Origin: a bacterium
GTDB taxonomy: Bacteria; Patescibacteriota; Patescibacteriia; Magasanikbacterales; GWA2-37-8
DNA: 58,235 nucleotides
Assembly: GCA_043810165.1 (NCBI GenBank)
Contig: JBDROJ010000042.1
Location: forward strand, 1-58,235
Direction: 5' to 3'
Both the position numbers and the translations under genes were made by a program. Shown here one piece after another: positions 1-8,198 of this stretch. The number at the start of each line of letters is the position of its first letter. Within the stretch, counting starts at the first letter, position 1. The notes under the pieces are model-generated. The model was not told the origin of the DNA. It did no database searches and saw nothing but the letters and a program-made list of their open reading frames with translations.

Positions 1-221
1 CATAACGATCTAGTTGTTTTTGAGTCATAGTATATTGGATTGTCATACTTAGAATAGTTAATGAATAACTATTCTATTATATATTAGGTATGACATTTTA
101 ACTTCCTTGTACTATGACATTATCACGTCCTTGTTACACCCAGTGTATCTGACACCCAGGGGTTGCTGTTGTTTTTGTTTGCTTTTTATCCGCTAATTTA
201 GTACAATACCTCAATAAAAAT

Positions 222-2972
222 ATGTTTAAAGAACTTTCTAAAGCTTACGAGCCAGAACAATATGAAGATGATATTTATGAACGCTGGGAACAGAGCGGAT
301 TTTTTAATCCGGATATTTGTGTTAAAAAAGGGATTTGTGAGCAAGATGCCGATCCTTTTTCCATTGTTTTACCTCCGCCTAATACCACCGGGCAATTGCA
401 TATTGGTCATTCAGTAATGTTAGCAATTGAAGATATAATGATACGCTACCATCGTATGAAGGGAGATAGAACTCTGTGGATACCAGGCACCGATCACGCT
501 GCTATTGCCACTAATGCAGTGGTAGAGCGTCAGTTGTCCAAAGAAGGTAAAACCAAATACGATTTAGGCAGAGAAAAATACATAGAAAAGGTAAAAAAAT
601 ATATCTCTGATTCACAAGATACCATGAGAGGGCAGATACGCAAGATGGGAGCTAGTTTGGATTGGTCGCGCGAAGCTTATACTTGGGATGACCAGCGTGG
701 CTTGGCTGTAAACACCATGTTTAAAAAAATGTATGATGATGAATTGATTTACCGTGGTAATCGCATTGTTAATTGGTGTCCACATTGTCATTCCACTTTG
801 GCTGATGATGAAGTTGAACACAAACAGGAAAACGGGAAGTTTTATTGGATTAAATATGGTCCTTTTGTTTTGGCCACGGCACGACCAGAAACAAAATTAG
901 GTGATACGGCAGTAGCAGTTCATCCTGACGATGAACGATACAAAGATATGGTCGGTAAAAAATATATGATTCCAGGTGTGCTGGGTGAATTTGAAATTGT
1001 GGTAGTGGCTGATGAAGCAGTTGATCCAGAATTTGGTTCAGGCGCAGTTAAAGTAACTCCCAGTCACAGTTTTACTGATAATGAGATTGCCCAACGTCAC
1101 GGTATTGGTGGTAAACAAGTAATTAACGAAGACGGCTGTATGATGGAAAATTGTGGCAAATATGCTGGTATGAACACAAAGGAGGCGCGTGAAGCCATTA
1201 CAGCTGATATGCAGGAGATGGGCTTGATTGATCATATTGAAGAAGATTACAAACACAATTTGTCTATTTGTTATCGTTGTAAGCATGTGATTGAACCAAT
1301 TCCGTCTAAACAGTGGTTTGTAGATGTGAATAAGGAATTTGATTTTTTACAATCCAAAGAACATCCAATCCAAGGTTTAGACAATGGTCAAAAAATTAGT
1401 TTAAAGAAATTAATGCAATATGTTGTACATAGTCAGCAAATTGAAATCATTCCAGATAGGTTTTGTAAAACATATTTTCATTGGATAGACAATTTGCGTG
1501 ATTGGTGTATCTCGCGTCAAATATGGGTAGGCCATCGTATTCCGGTTTGGTATAAAGGTGGAGAAACTTATGTCGGGGTAGAGCCACCTGTCGGAGAGGA
1601 ATGGATACAAGATCCAGATACTTTGGATACTTGGTTTAGTTCTGGGATGTGGACTTTTTCTACATTAGGCTGGCCCGCCACAGCTAACGATTTAAAAATT
1701 TATCACCCCACCAATGTTTTGGAGACGATGTTTGACATTTTATTTTTTTGGGTAGCGCGAATGATAATGATGTCTGCTTATGCTCTTGGAGAAGTGCCAT
1801 TTAAGACTGTTTACCTACATGCGCGAGTTTTGGATAGAGATGGTGAAAAAATGAGTAAATCAAAACCCGAGACCATGATTGACCCTCTGGATGTCTGTCA
1901 GAAATATGGCACTGATGCCGTACGATTATCACTGTTATTAGGAGTGTCTCCTGGTTCGGATGTTAGTTTGTCAGTGGAAAAAATACAAGGTTTTCGTAAT
2001 TTTGCTAATAAATTGTGGAATATTAGTCGATTTATGTTGATGAATATTGACCAGTCAGAGATAGGTGCGGATGTGCCAAAAGCAAAAACTCTATCTGACC
2101 AATGGATTTTGAGTCGATTGAATCAAGTAGTTTTGAAATGTACTGAAAATATAGAGAAATATGAATTTTCTCAAGCCGGAGAGATGTTAAAAGAATTTAC
2201 TTGGAATGATCTGGCTGATTGGTATTTGGAAATTGCCAAAGTTGAGGGTGATAAATCTAAAATTTTAAACCATGCTTTGAATACGATTTTGAAATTATGG
2301 CATCCGTTTATGCCGTTTGTAACCGAAACTATCTGGTCAGAGGTTTACGGTAAGGAAAAAATGTTGATGGTACAGAAATGGCCTGCCACTGTCATTGCGA
2401 GCGAAGCGAAACAACCTAATCCTGTCATTGCGAGCGAAGCGAAACAACCTAATCCTGTCATTGCGAGCGAAGCGAAACAACCTAATCCTGTCATTGCGAG
2501 CGAAGCGAAGCAATCTCGCGACGATTTTGAATTAATCAAAAATATTGTCACCCAAATCCGCCACGTACGAGCGGAAAATGGCATTGAACCAGGTAAAAAG
2601 ACCAATGTTTTGATTAGTGCTGGAGATTCCAAAAAAGTTCTAGAAGAAAATTCTGAAATTATCAAGCGTTTGTGGACCGGAATTGACAAATTAGAAGTTA
2701 AAACTAAAGCCGATAATCCTGGTGGTTGGTTTCCGATAGCACTTGGCGATGTAGAGATATTTGTTGATCTGTCTGGTGCAGTTGATATTGATAAAATTAA
2801 AAAAGAATTAGCCGAAACTGAAAAATACGTTAAAATTTTAGAAAAGAAATTAACTAATCAGGAATTTGTTAAAAATGCTCCGAAACAAGTAGTGTCCAAA
2901 GAACAGGAAAAATTAGATCAGGCTAAGGAAAAATCAACCAAATTAACAACCCAATTAGAAAATTTAAAATAA
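222..2972 (+). CDS. valS: Valine--tRNA ligase with in-frame repeat insertion
   Basis: PPPNTTGQLHIGH and KMSKS class I motifs, DWCISRQ, C-terminal coiled coil ending FVKNAPKQVV; VIASEAKQPNP repeat after the KWP motif. Confidence 0.97.
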   Translation: MFKELSKAYEPEQYEDDIYERWEQSGFFNPDICVKKGICEQDADPFSIVLPPPNTTGQLHIGHSVMLAIEDIMIRYHRMKGDRTLWIPGTDHAAIATNAVVERQLSKEGKTKYDLGREKYIEKVKKYISDSQDTMRGQIRKMGASLDWSREAYTWDDQRGLAVNTMFKKMYDDELIYRGNRIVNWCPHCHSTLADDEVEHKQENGKFYWIKYGPFVLATARPETKLGDTAVAVHPDDERYKDMVGKKYMIPGVLGEFEIVVVADEAVDPEFGSGAVKVTPSHSFTDNEIAQRHGIGGKQVINEDGCMMENCGKYAGMNTKEAREAITADMQEMGLIDHIEEDYKHNLSICYRCKHVIEPIPSKQWFVDVNKEFDFLQSKEHPIQGLDNGQKISLKKLMQYVVHSQQIEIIPDRFCKTYFHWIDNLRDWCISRQIWVGHRIPVWYKGGETYVGVEPPVGEEWIQDPDTLDTWFSSGMWTFSTLGWPATANDLKIYHPTNVLETMFDILFFWVARMIMMSAYALGEVPFKTVYLHARVLDRDGEKMSKSKPETMIDPLDVCQKYGTDAVRLSLLLGVSPGSDVSLSVEKIQGFRNFANKLWNISRFMLMNIDQSEIGADVPKAKTLSDQWILSRLNQVVLKCTENIEKYEFSQAGEMLKEFTWNDLADWYLEIAKVEGDKSKILNHALNTILKLWHPFMPFVTETIWSEVYGKEKMLMVQKWPATVIASEAKQPNPVIASEAKQPNPVIASEAKQPNPVIASEAKQSRDDFELIKNIVTQIRHVRAENGIEPGKKTNVLISAGDSKKVLEENSEIIKRLWTGIDKLEVKTKADNPGGWFPIALGDVEIFVDLSGAVDIDKIKKELAETEKYVKILEKKLTNQEFVKNAPKQVVSKEQEKLDQAKEKSTKLTTQLENLK
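2389..2516 (+). repeat. In-frame 33-nt tandem repeat (3 identical units + 1 variant) related to the intergenic palindromic element
   Basis: GTCATTGCGAGCGAAGCGAAACAACCTAATCCT starts at 2391, 2424, 2457; fourth unit GTCATTGCGAGCGAAGCGAAGCAATCT at 2490-2516. Confidence 0.97.
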
Positions 2973-2977
2973 ATTTT

Positions 2978-4168
2978 ATGCCAGTTAGTACTGACGAACA
3001 AAAAATACAAGAATTTTTAACTCGCGGAGTTGAAGCTGTGTATCCTGGTGAAGAGGAGTTAAAAAAATTACTCATGTCTGGTCAGCGTTTACGAGTTTAT
3101 CAAGGTTTTGATCCAACTGGTCCGTATTTGCATATTGGCCATGCCATGGGTATTCGGGCTTTGAGAATTCTGCAAGAGCTCGGTCATGAGGTGATTTTCC
3201 TAGTAGGTGATTTTACAGCCGCTATTGGCGATCCTGATAAAGGCACAACCAGAGAGATGCTTGGTGAAGAGCAGATTCAAAAAAATATGCAAGGCTGGAA
3301 AGAGCAAGCCGGGCAGTTAATCGATTTTGATGGAGAGAACGCTGTACAGTTTAAGAGAAATTCAGATTGGTTAGGAAAATTAAATTTAAAAGATGTTTTA
3401 CAATTAATGTCAAAAACAACGGTTCAAAGAATATTGGAGCGCGATTTATTTGATCGCAGATTAAAGGCAGAAGATCCAATCCGTTTTCATGAGATGTTTT
3501 ATCCCTTGTTGCAGGGATATGACGGGGTTGAGATGAAAGTTGATATTGAGATTGGTGGAGCTGACCAAACATTCAATATGTTGATGGGGCGTACTTTGTC
3601 CAAGGCATATTTAAATAAAGAAAAATTTGTTAGAGTCAATAAGATGATGGACGCTCCAGAAGGCAAGACCATGAGCAAAACCAAAGGTAACGGCATAAAT
3701 TTGTCAGATAGTCCAGAAGATATGTATGGTAAAGCCATGTCATACCCGGATAGTGCAATTCTAAGTGGTCTTGAACTGTTAACAGGGGTTTCTTTGTTAG
3801 AGATTGAGGAGATTAAAAAAGAAATGGACGGCGGTGCTAATCCAATGGAATTTAAAAAGAGGATGGCTTTTGAGATAGTTAAAATAATTAAAGGTGAATC
3901 GTCTGCTAAAAAAGGCCAAGAACATTTTGTCTCGGTAATCCAAAGCAAAGATCAGCCTGATGAGATTGCAGAGATCAAACCTAGTGCTTATAATATTGTT
4001 ACGATTTTAATTGAATCTAAATTAGCAACTAGCACTTCTGATGCTCGTCGTGCTATTAAACAGGGCGGTGTTAAAGTGAATGATGGAAAAATAGACGATA
4101 TAAAATTTGTATTAAAGCCCGGAGATATAGTGCAAAAAGGTAAAAGGTTTTTTGTCAAAATTATTTAA
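2978..4168 (+). CDS. tyrS: Tyrosine--tRNA ligase
   Basis: YQGFDPT..LHIGH, YPLLQGYD, GGADQ, KMSKS variant TMSKT, C-terminal S4-like domain (DARRAIKQGGV...GKR). Confidence 0.96.
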   Translation: MPVSTDEQKIQEFLTRGVEAVYPGEEELKKLLMSGQRLRVYQGFDPTGPYLHIGHAMGIRALRILQELGHEVIFLVGDFTAAIGDPDKGTTREMLGEEQIQKNMQGWKEQAGQLIDFDGENAVQFKRNSDWLGKLNLKDVLQLMSKTTVQRILERDLFDRRLKAEDPIRFHEMFYPLLQGYDGVEMKVDIEIGGADQTFNMLMGRTLSKAYLNKEKFVRVNKMMDAPEGKTMSKTKGNGINLSDSPEDMYGKAMSYPDSAILSGLELLTGVSLLEIEEIKKEMDGGANPMEFKKRMAFEIVKIIKGESSAKKGQEHFVSVIQSKDQPDEIAEIKPSAYNIVTILIESKLATSTSDARRAIKQGGVKVNDGKIDDIKFVLKPGDIVQKGKRFFVKII

Positions 4169-4174
4169 ATTAAC

Positions 4175-5845
4175 ATGATCAGGCAAGAATTGATAAAAAT
4201 TTTAAATAAGGCCGGTGTTAAAAATCCAGATTTAACCACACCTCCGAATTCAGAGATGGGTGATTTTACTTTGGCTTGTTTTGATCTGGCCAAGGAGCAA
4301 AAAAAGAATCCAGTGGAAGTGGCTAAAGAATTGGCTGAAAAAATCAAGACAGGTGATTTGATTGAAAAAGTTCAAACCGCCGGACCTTATCTTAATTTTT
4401 ACTTAAACGCACAAAAAATAGCAGAGTTGGTTTTACTAGAAAAGGACTTGTTGAAATTAGATTTGGGTAAGAATAAAAAAGTTATTGTTGAGTTTGCCCA
4501 TCCTAATACCCACAAGGCTTTTCATATTGGCCATCTGCGTACTTTGATAACAGGTGAAACTTTGTCTAGAATTTTAAAAGAGGTTGGTTTTGAAGTTATA
4601 AGGGCTAATTATCAAGGTGATGTAGGCATGCAAATAGCAAAATGTCTATGGGGATTGGATCAATCTAAAGATGAATATGAGGATGTTAAAGATAAAGATA
4701 TTAAAACAAAAGTAGAATTTTTGGGCAAGGTTTATGCTGTCGGAGCGCAAGCATTTGAAAAAGATCAAGCCATACAAAGACAGATTGTAACTATCAATGA
4801 AAAGATTTACAACCAAGATTTGGATATAAAAGAAGTGTATAAAACCACCAGACAATGGAGCTTAGATTATTTTGATCATATCTACCAGCGTTTGGATGCC
4901 AGTTTTGATAGATTTTATTTTGAATCAGAAGTTTTTGTTCGTGGTAAAGAAATTGTACAAGAATATTTAGAAAAAGATGTATTTAAAATAGGGGATGAGG
5001 GAGCGATCATTTTTCCTGGCGAGAAATACGATTTGCATAATCGGGTCTTTATAAACCAACGTGGTTTTCCAACTTACGAAGCCAAGGATTTGGCTTTGGC
5101 TGAATTACAATTTAGCGAACACAATCCAGAAAAAATTATTCATGTGGTGGGTCGAGAACAGCTAGGATATTTTCAAGTAGTATTTAAGGCGCTGGAATCA
5201 ACTCTGCCCGCAAGCAAAGATAAAGAGTATCATCTGATTTATGGTTGGGTAAGTCTAAAGGGTGGTAAAATGAGTTCGCGTACTGGTAAAGTGATTTTAG
5301 GTGAATGGTTGATGGACGAAGTGGAAAAGAAAGTGGCAGGAATTATGAAAGACAGTAAATTAGAAGATTCAGATGAAGTGATTAAAAAAGTATCTGTATC
5401 AGCAATAAAATATGCATTTTTGAAAATCGGGGTAAAGAATGATATTAAATTTGATCTACAAGAGTCAGTTAGTTTATCAGGAGATAGCGGGCCATATTTA
5501 TTATATATTGTAGCCAGAATTAGAAGTATACTGGGCAAGTCAGAAATTACAGAACAAAAATTAATAATTCCTCCAGAGATCAGCTTGATTGAACAACAAC
5601 TTTTGTTAAAACTAAGTGATTTTTCAAAAGCAGTTCGGGAATCAGCTGTTGAATATGATCCATCAAAAATTGCCAAGTATTTGTTTGACCTGGCACAAGA
5701 CTTCAATAGTTTTTATAATCAATGCCCGGTTTTAAAAGCTGAAGAAGGTCTTCGGGTATTTCGTCTGCAATTAATTAAAATGATTGAACAGGTAATGAAT
5801 AAGGGATTAGATTTATTAGGAATTGAAACGGTCGCTAAAATGTAA
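4175..5845 (+). CDS. argS: Arginine--tRNA ligase
   Basis: GPYLNF N-domain, HPNTHKAFHIGHLR, KMSSR, GDSGPYLLY..AR, C-terminal GLDLLGI..M. Confidence 0.96.
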   Translation: MIRQELIKILNKAGVKNPDLTTPPNSEMGDFTLACFDLAKEQKKNPVEVAKELAEKIKTGDLIEKVQTAGPYLNFYLNAQKIAELVLLEKDLLKLDLGKNKKVIVEFAHPNTHKAFHIGHLRTLITGETLSRILKEVGFEVIRANYQGDVGMQIAKCLWGLDQSKDEYEDVKDKDIKTKVEFLGKVYAVGAQAFEKDQAIQRQIVTINEKIYNQDLDIKEVYKTTRQWSLDYFDHIYQRLDASFDRFYFESEVFVRGKEIVQEYLEKDVFKIGDEGAIIFPGEKYDLHNRVFINQRGFPTYEAKDLALAELQFSEHNPEKIIHVVGREQLGYFQVVFKALESTLPASKDKEYHLIYGWVSLKGGKMSSRTGKVILGEWLMDEVEKKVAGIMKDSKLEDSDEVIKKVSVSAIKYAFLKIGVKNDIKFDLQESVSLSGDSGPYLLYIVARIRSILGKSEITEQKLIIPPEISLIEQQLLLKLSDFSKAVRESAVEYDPSKIAKYLFDLAQDFNSFYNQCPVLKAEEGLRVFRLQLIKMIEQVMNKGLDLLGIETVAKM

Positions 5846-5858
5846 AACTATTTTTAGT

Positions 5859-5867
5859 TTATCCACA
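5859..5867 (+). promoter_or_regulatory. Consensus DnaA box
   Basis: Exact TTATCCACA between argS and the antitoxin-like gene. Confidence 0.55.
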
Positions 5868-5893
5868 AGGTGCACTCTACAGTGTACCTTTTT
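5867..5893 (+). terminator. Hairpin plus T-run after argS (terminator and/or operator of the downstream TA pair)
   Basis: AAGGTGCACT-ctac-AGTGTACCTT (one G-U pair) followed by TTT. Confidence 0.5.
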
Positions 5894-5906
5894 AGGTATA
5901 GAGTTG

Positions 5907-5915
5907 TGGTATAAT
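5907..5915 (+). promoter_or_regulatory. Extended -10 promoter element
   Basis: TGgTATAAT ending 8 nt before the ATG at 5924, implying a nearly leaderless mRNA. Confidence 0.6.
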
Positions 5916-5923
5916 ATAATCAT

Positions 5924-6133
5924 ATGATTAAAGAAAAAAAAGAAACAATTGAGCGCCTGGTGGTGAAGGTGCCTAAAGGCGTAGCTGATTATTTCCGTGA
6001 AGTTTTCCATCATGGTGATAGAAGTAAATTTGTTATACGGTGTATTTTAGAGCATAAGCATGATCAAGAGGTAAAAAAAATAGATAAGGAGTTAAGGGCA
6101 TCCGGAAAAAAAAGACAAAAATTTTTAATATAG
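5924..6133 (+). CDS. Small basic protein, putative ribbon-helix-helix antitoxin
   Basis: 69 aa, strand-helix-helix pattern (RLVVKVP...DRSKFVIRCI), immediately upstream of a PemK-like gene. Confidence 0.55.
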   Translation: MIKEKKETIERLVVKVPKGVADYFREVFHHGDRSKFVIRCILEHKHDQEVKKIDKELRASGKKRQKFLI

Positions 6134-6204
6134 GGGGTATGGAAAAAATAATCACAACTCGGTTAAACAGAGTGCATAACTTTGATTTGTTTAATTAAAA
6201 GTTT

Positions 6205-6582
6205 ATGGATTTTGATTTTGATAAAATGTACTGCGGTGTTATTAGAAGAGGTGATGTTTTAAAATGCGAGTTTAATAATGGCGGAGGTCGGAAAAAGGAA
6301 AGAGTTGTAGTAGTGATACAGGATGATGTTTTAAACGAGAGTATGCCTTCTATTGTCTGCGCTATTGTGGAACCTTATCAACCCGAAGATGATATTTTTG
6401 TCAATGAGGTTTTATTGAAGAATACCGAGACTGGGCTGGGTAGCGATGGAATATGTATGTTGCATAAGCTGATTACGGTTGATCGCAGATTAATAATATC
6501 CAAGAAAGGAGAGTTAAAATCAAAAAGATTGAAAGAAATTTATCAAGCACTGGATATTAATTTAGGTAGATTCAGAGATTAA
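6205..6582 (+). CDS. PemK/MazF family toxin
   Basis: IRRGDV...KERVVVVIQDDVLN...TGL..DGICMLHKLITVDRR..KKGEL...IYQALDINLG follows the PemK-family pattern. Confidence 0.82.
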   Translation: MDFDFDKMYCGVIRRGDVLKCEFNNGGGRKKERVVVVIQDDVLNESMPSIVCAIVEPYQPEDDIFVNEVLLKNTETGLGSDGICMLHKLITVDRRLIISKKGELKSKRLKEIYQALDINLGRFRD

Positions 6583-6682
6583 ATTTGTTCTTTGAAAGAT
6601 GGTCGTCGATTTAGTGCGCATAAAAATTTTGTGCTTATTAAGTCGGCGATTACAAACTTTTTTGCATTGTAGGAGTAAAACA

Positions 6683-8014
6683 ATGCTTTTTCCAGGATCA
6701 GATGGGGTTGATAAGGCAGTTAAATGCCTTGTTGACGAGATAGAGGAAGGCGCCAACTCTTTTGTTGACGCATTAAAAGACCAAACCCCGGGCGGGCACG
6801 AGTTTCTGGCCAAGCAGGTTTTTGACCCGGAATCACTCGAATCTCCACTCGAGTGTTCGCCCATTCATGAGGCCCGTAAAAAGGGCCTTCACACCAAACC
6901 TGGCGTCAAGCTGATTATGCGCCACAACGTCTGGCCTACTTATCTGGCTCTGCCATTCACACTGTTCGTGTCATTGGTGATTGCGATCGTGGTCTGGCCG
7001 TACGAGGTCTGGTATCTGCGTAAGTTCAAGAAACTCAAACAACTTTTAGAACAGTTGAATGAGGAAAATCCGAACCTCATACCAACCGATGAGCAGAAAA
7101 AGAGGATGGAACGCTATCAGTGCAACTACCTGCTCGGCCCCAAGTGGCTGTCAGTACTCTTGGGCTGGTTGACTCACCCTAGGTTGCAGATGCTACGTGA
7201 AGGAGTAACCACCTCTAAAGCGTTGCGTGCCCTGCATGGCACTAACGTGTTTTTCCGCAAGGAAATTCCGCGCCTATCTTGGTGGCGACGTCCTGGTGCC
7301 TATGTGGCCTGGTTTATCATGGACAGTATGGGGCCACAGGCTGTTAATAACCGTTGCAAGAAAGTCCACCAGATCATCTATGCAGAGATGGTTAACCAGT
7401 ACATGCGAGCCAAACAAGTAGTAGCTGGTAACGGCCATTCTCCTGCAACCATTCAGATGGCCTCATTGGCCTGTGGGTCAGCTGAACCTACCCTGTTCGC
7501 AGTTGCCCATTTCCTCGAAGACTATCCCGGAGCCGACGTCAGGTTGAGATTGGTTGACCTGAATCCGGATATGTTGGATGCAGCCATGCAGTTGGCTGAG
7601 GAACTTGGTATTCAAGATCATGTGGAGAGAGTGGAACAGAACATTCGCGTGTTTCTGAAGCAGGCAAAGCCCGAGTCGCTTCATGTCGTTGATTTTAACG
7701 GCTTCATCGACTACAAGCCTGTCAAGAAGGCGATTGGCTATATCAGCTTGGTTCGTAACCTGATCACGCCTGGCGGACTGTTCACAGTCTCGCAGATTGG
7801 TCGTAGCGGTGCTGGGTTTGGAGTGCGTTGGCTCATCAATTGGCCAGAACTCAAACCTCGGACCGTTGCCCAGCATAAGTCATTGGTCATCAAGGCTGGT
7901 TGGCCCAAGCACGAAGTAGCCATGGACGTAGAACCCCACAAGGGCCACGCCATCGCCATCTGTCGTCGAGGTGGTTTGACCACTACCTCACAGAAGACCA
8001 ACTCCGTTCATTAA
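6683..8014 (+). CDS. Membrane-anchored class I SAM-dependent methyltransferase-like protein
   Basis: AGGAG 7 nt before ATG 6683; TM segment LALPFTLFVSLVIAIVVW; motif I SLACGSA, LVDLNP, LITPGGLF; visibly GC-richer than flanks. Confidence 0.7.
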   Translation: MLFPGSDGVDKAVKCLVDEIEEGANSFVDALKDQTPGGHEFLAKQVFDPESLESPLECSPIHEARKKGLHTKPGVKLIMRHNVWPTYLALPFTLFVSLVIAIVVWPYEVWYLRKFKKLKQLLEQLNEENPNLIPTDEQKKRMERYQCNYLLGPKWLSVLLGWLTHPRLQMLREGVTTSKALRALHGTNVFFRKEIPRLSWWRRPGAYVAWFIMDSMGPQAVNNRCKKVHQIIYAEMVNQYMRAKQVVAGNGHSPATIQMASLACGSAEPTLFAVAHFLEDYPGADVRLRLVDLNPDMLDAAMQLAEELGIQDHVERVEQNIRVFLKQAKPESLHVVDFNGFIDYKPVKKAIGYISLVRNLITPGGLFTVSQIGRSGAGFGVRWLINWPELKPRTVAQHKSLVIKAGWPKHEVAMDVEPHKGHAIAICRRGGLTTTSQKTNSVH

Positions 8015-8127
8015 CCCCCCCCTCATTTGGCAAAACCAAAGGTTGAAACCTGGATTTTGCCTATCCTCCAGACGCAGTTTAGTCTGCGTCTTCCCTCTGT
8101 AAATAATTATTTGTTTATAGAGGAGAT

Positions 8128-8160
8128 TAAAAAATGCATACACGTGCATTTTTTTATTTT
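8128..8160 (+). terminator. Probable intrinsic terminator, last of four tandem hairpins
   Basis: AAAAAATGCA-tacacg-TGCATTTTTT followed by more T. Confidence 0.55.
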
Positions 8161-8198
8161 TTATGGTATTATATTATTAATCTATTTACATTAAAATT

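Noticed and set aside
120-221. T-box riboswitch before valS
   Set aside because: No T-box consensus or antiterminator visible; only a short ACACCCAG direct repeat.
2391-2516. CRISPR array in valS
   Set aside because: Units are contiguous and identical with no unique spacers, in frame in a gene, and no cas genes are present.
2345-2689. Minus-strand ORF with CFASLAMTGLG repeats
   Set aside because: Antisense reading of the valS repeat.
5859-5867. Replication origin
   Set aside because: DnaA boxes are single and dispersed; no dnaA/dnaN or box cluster.
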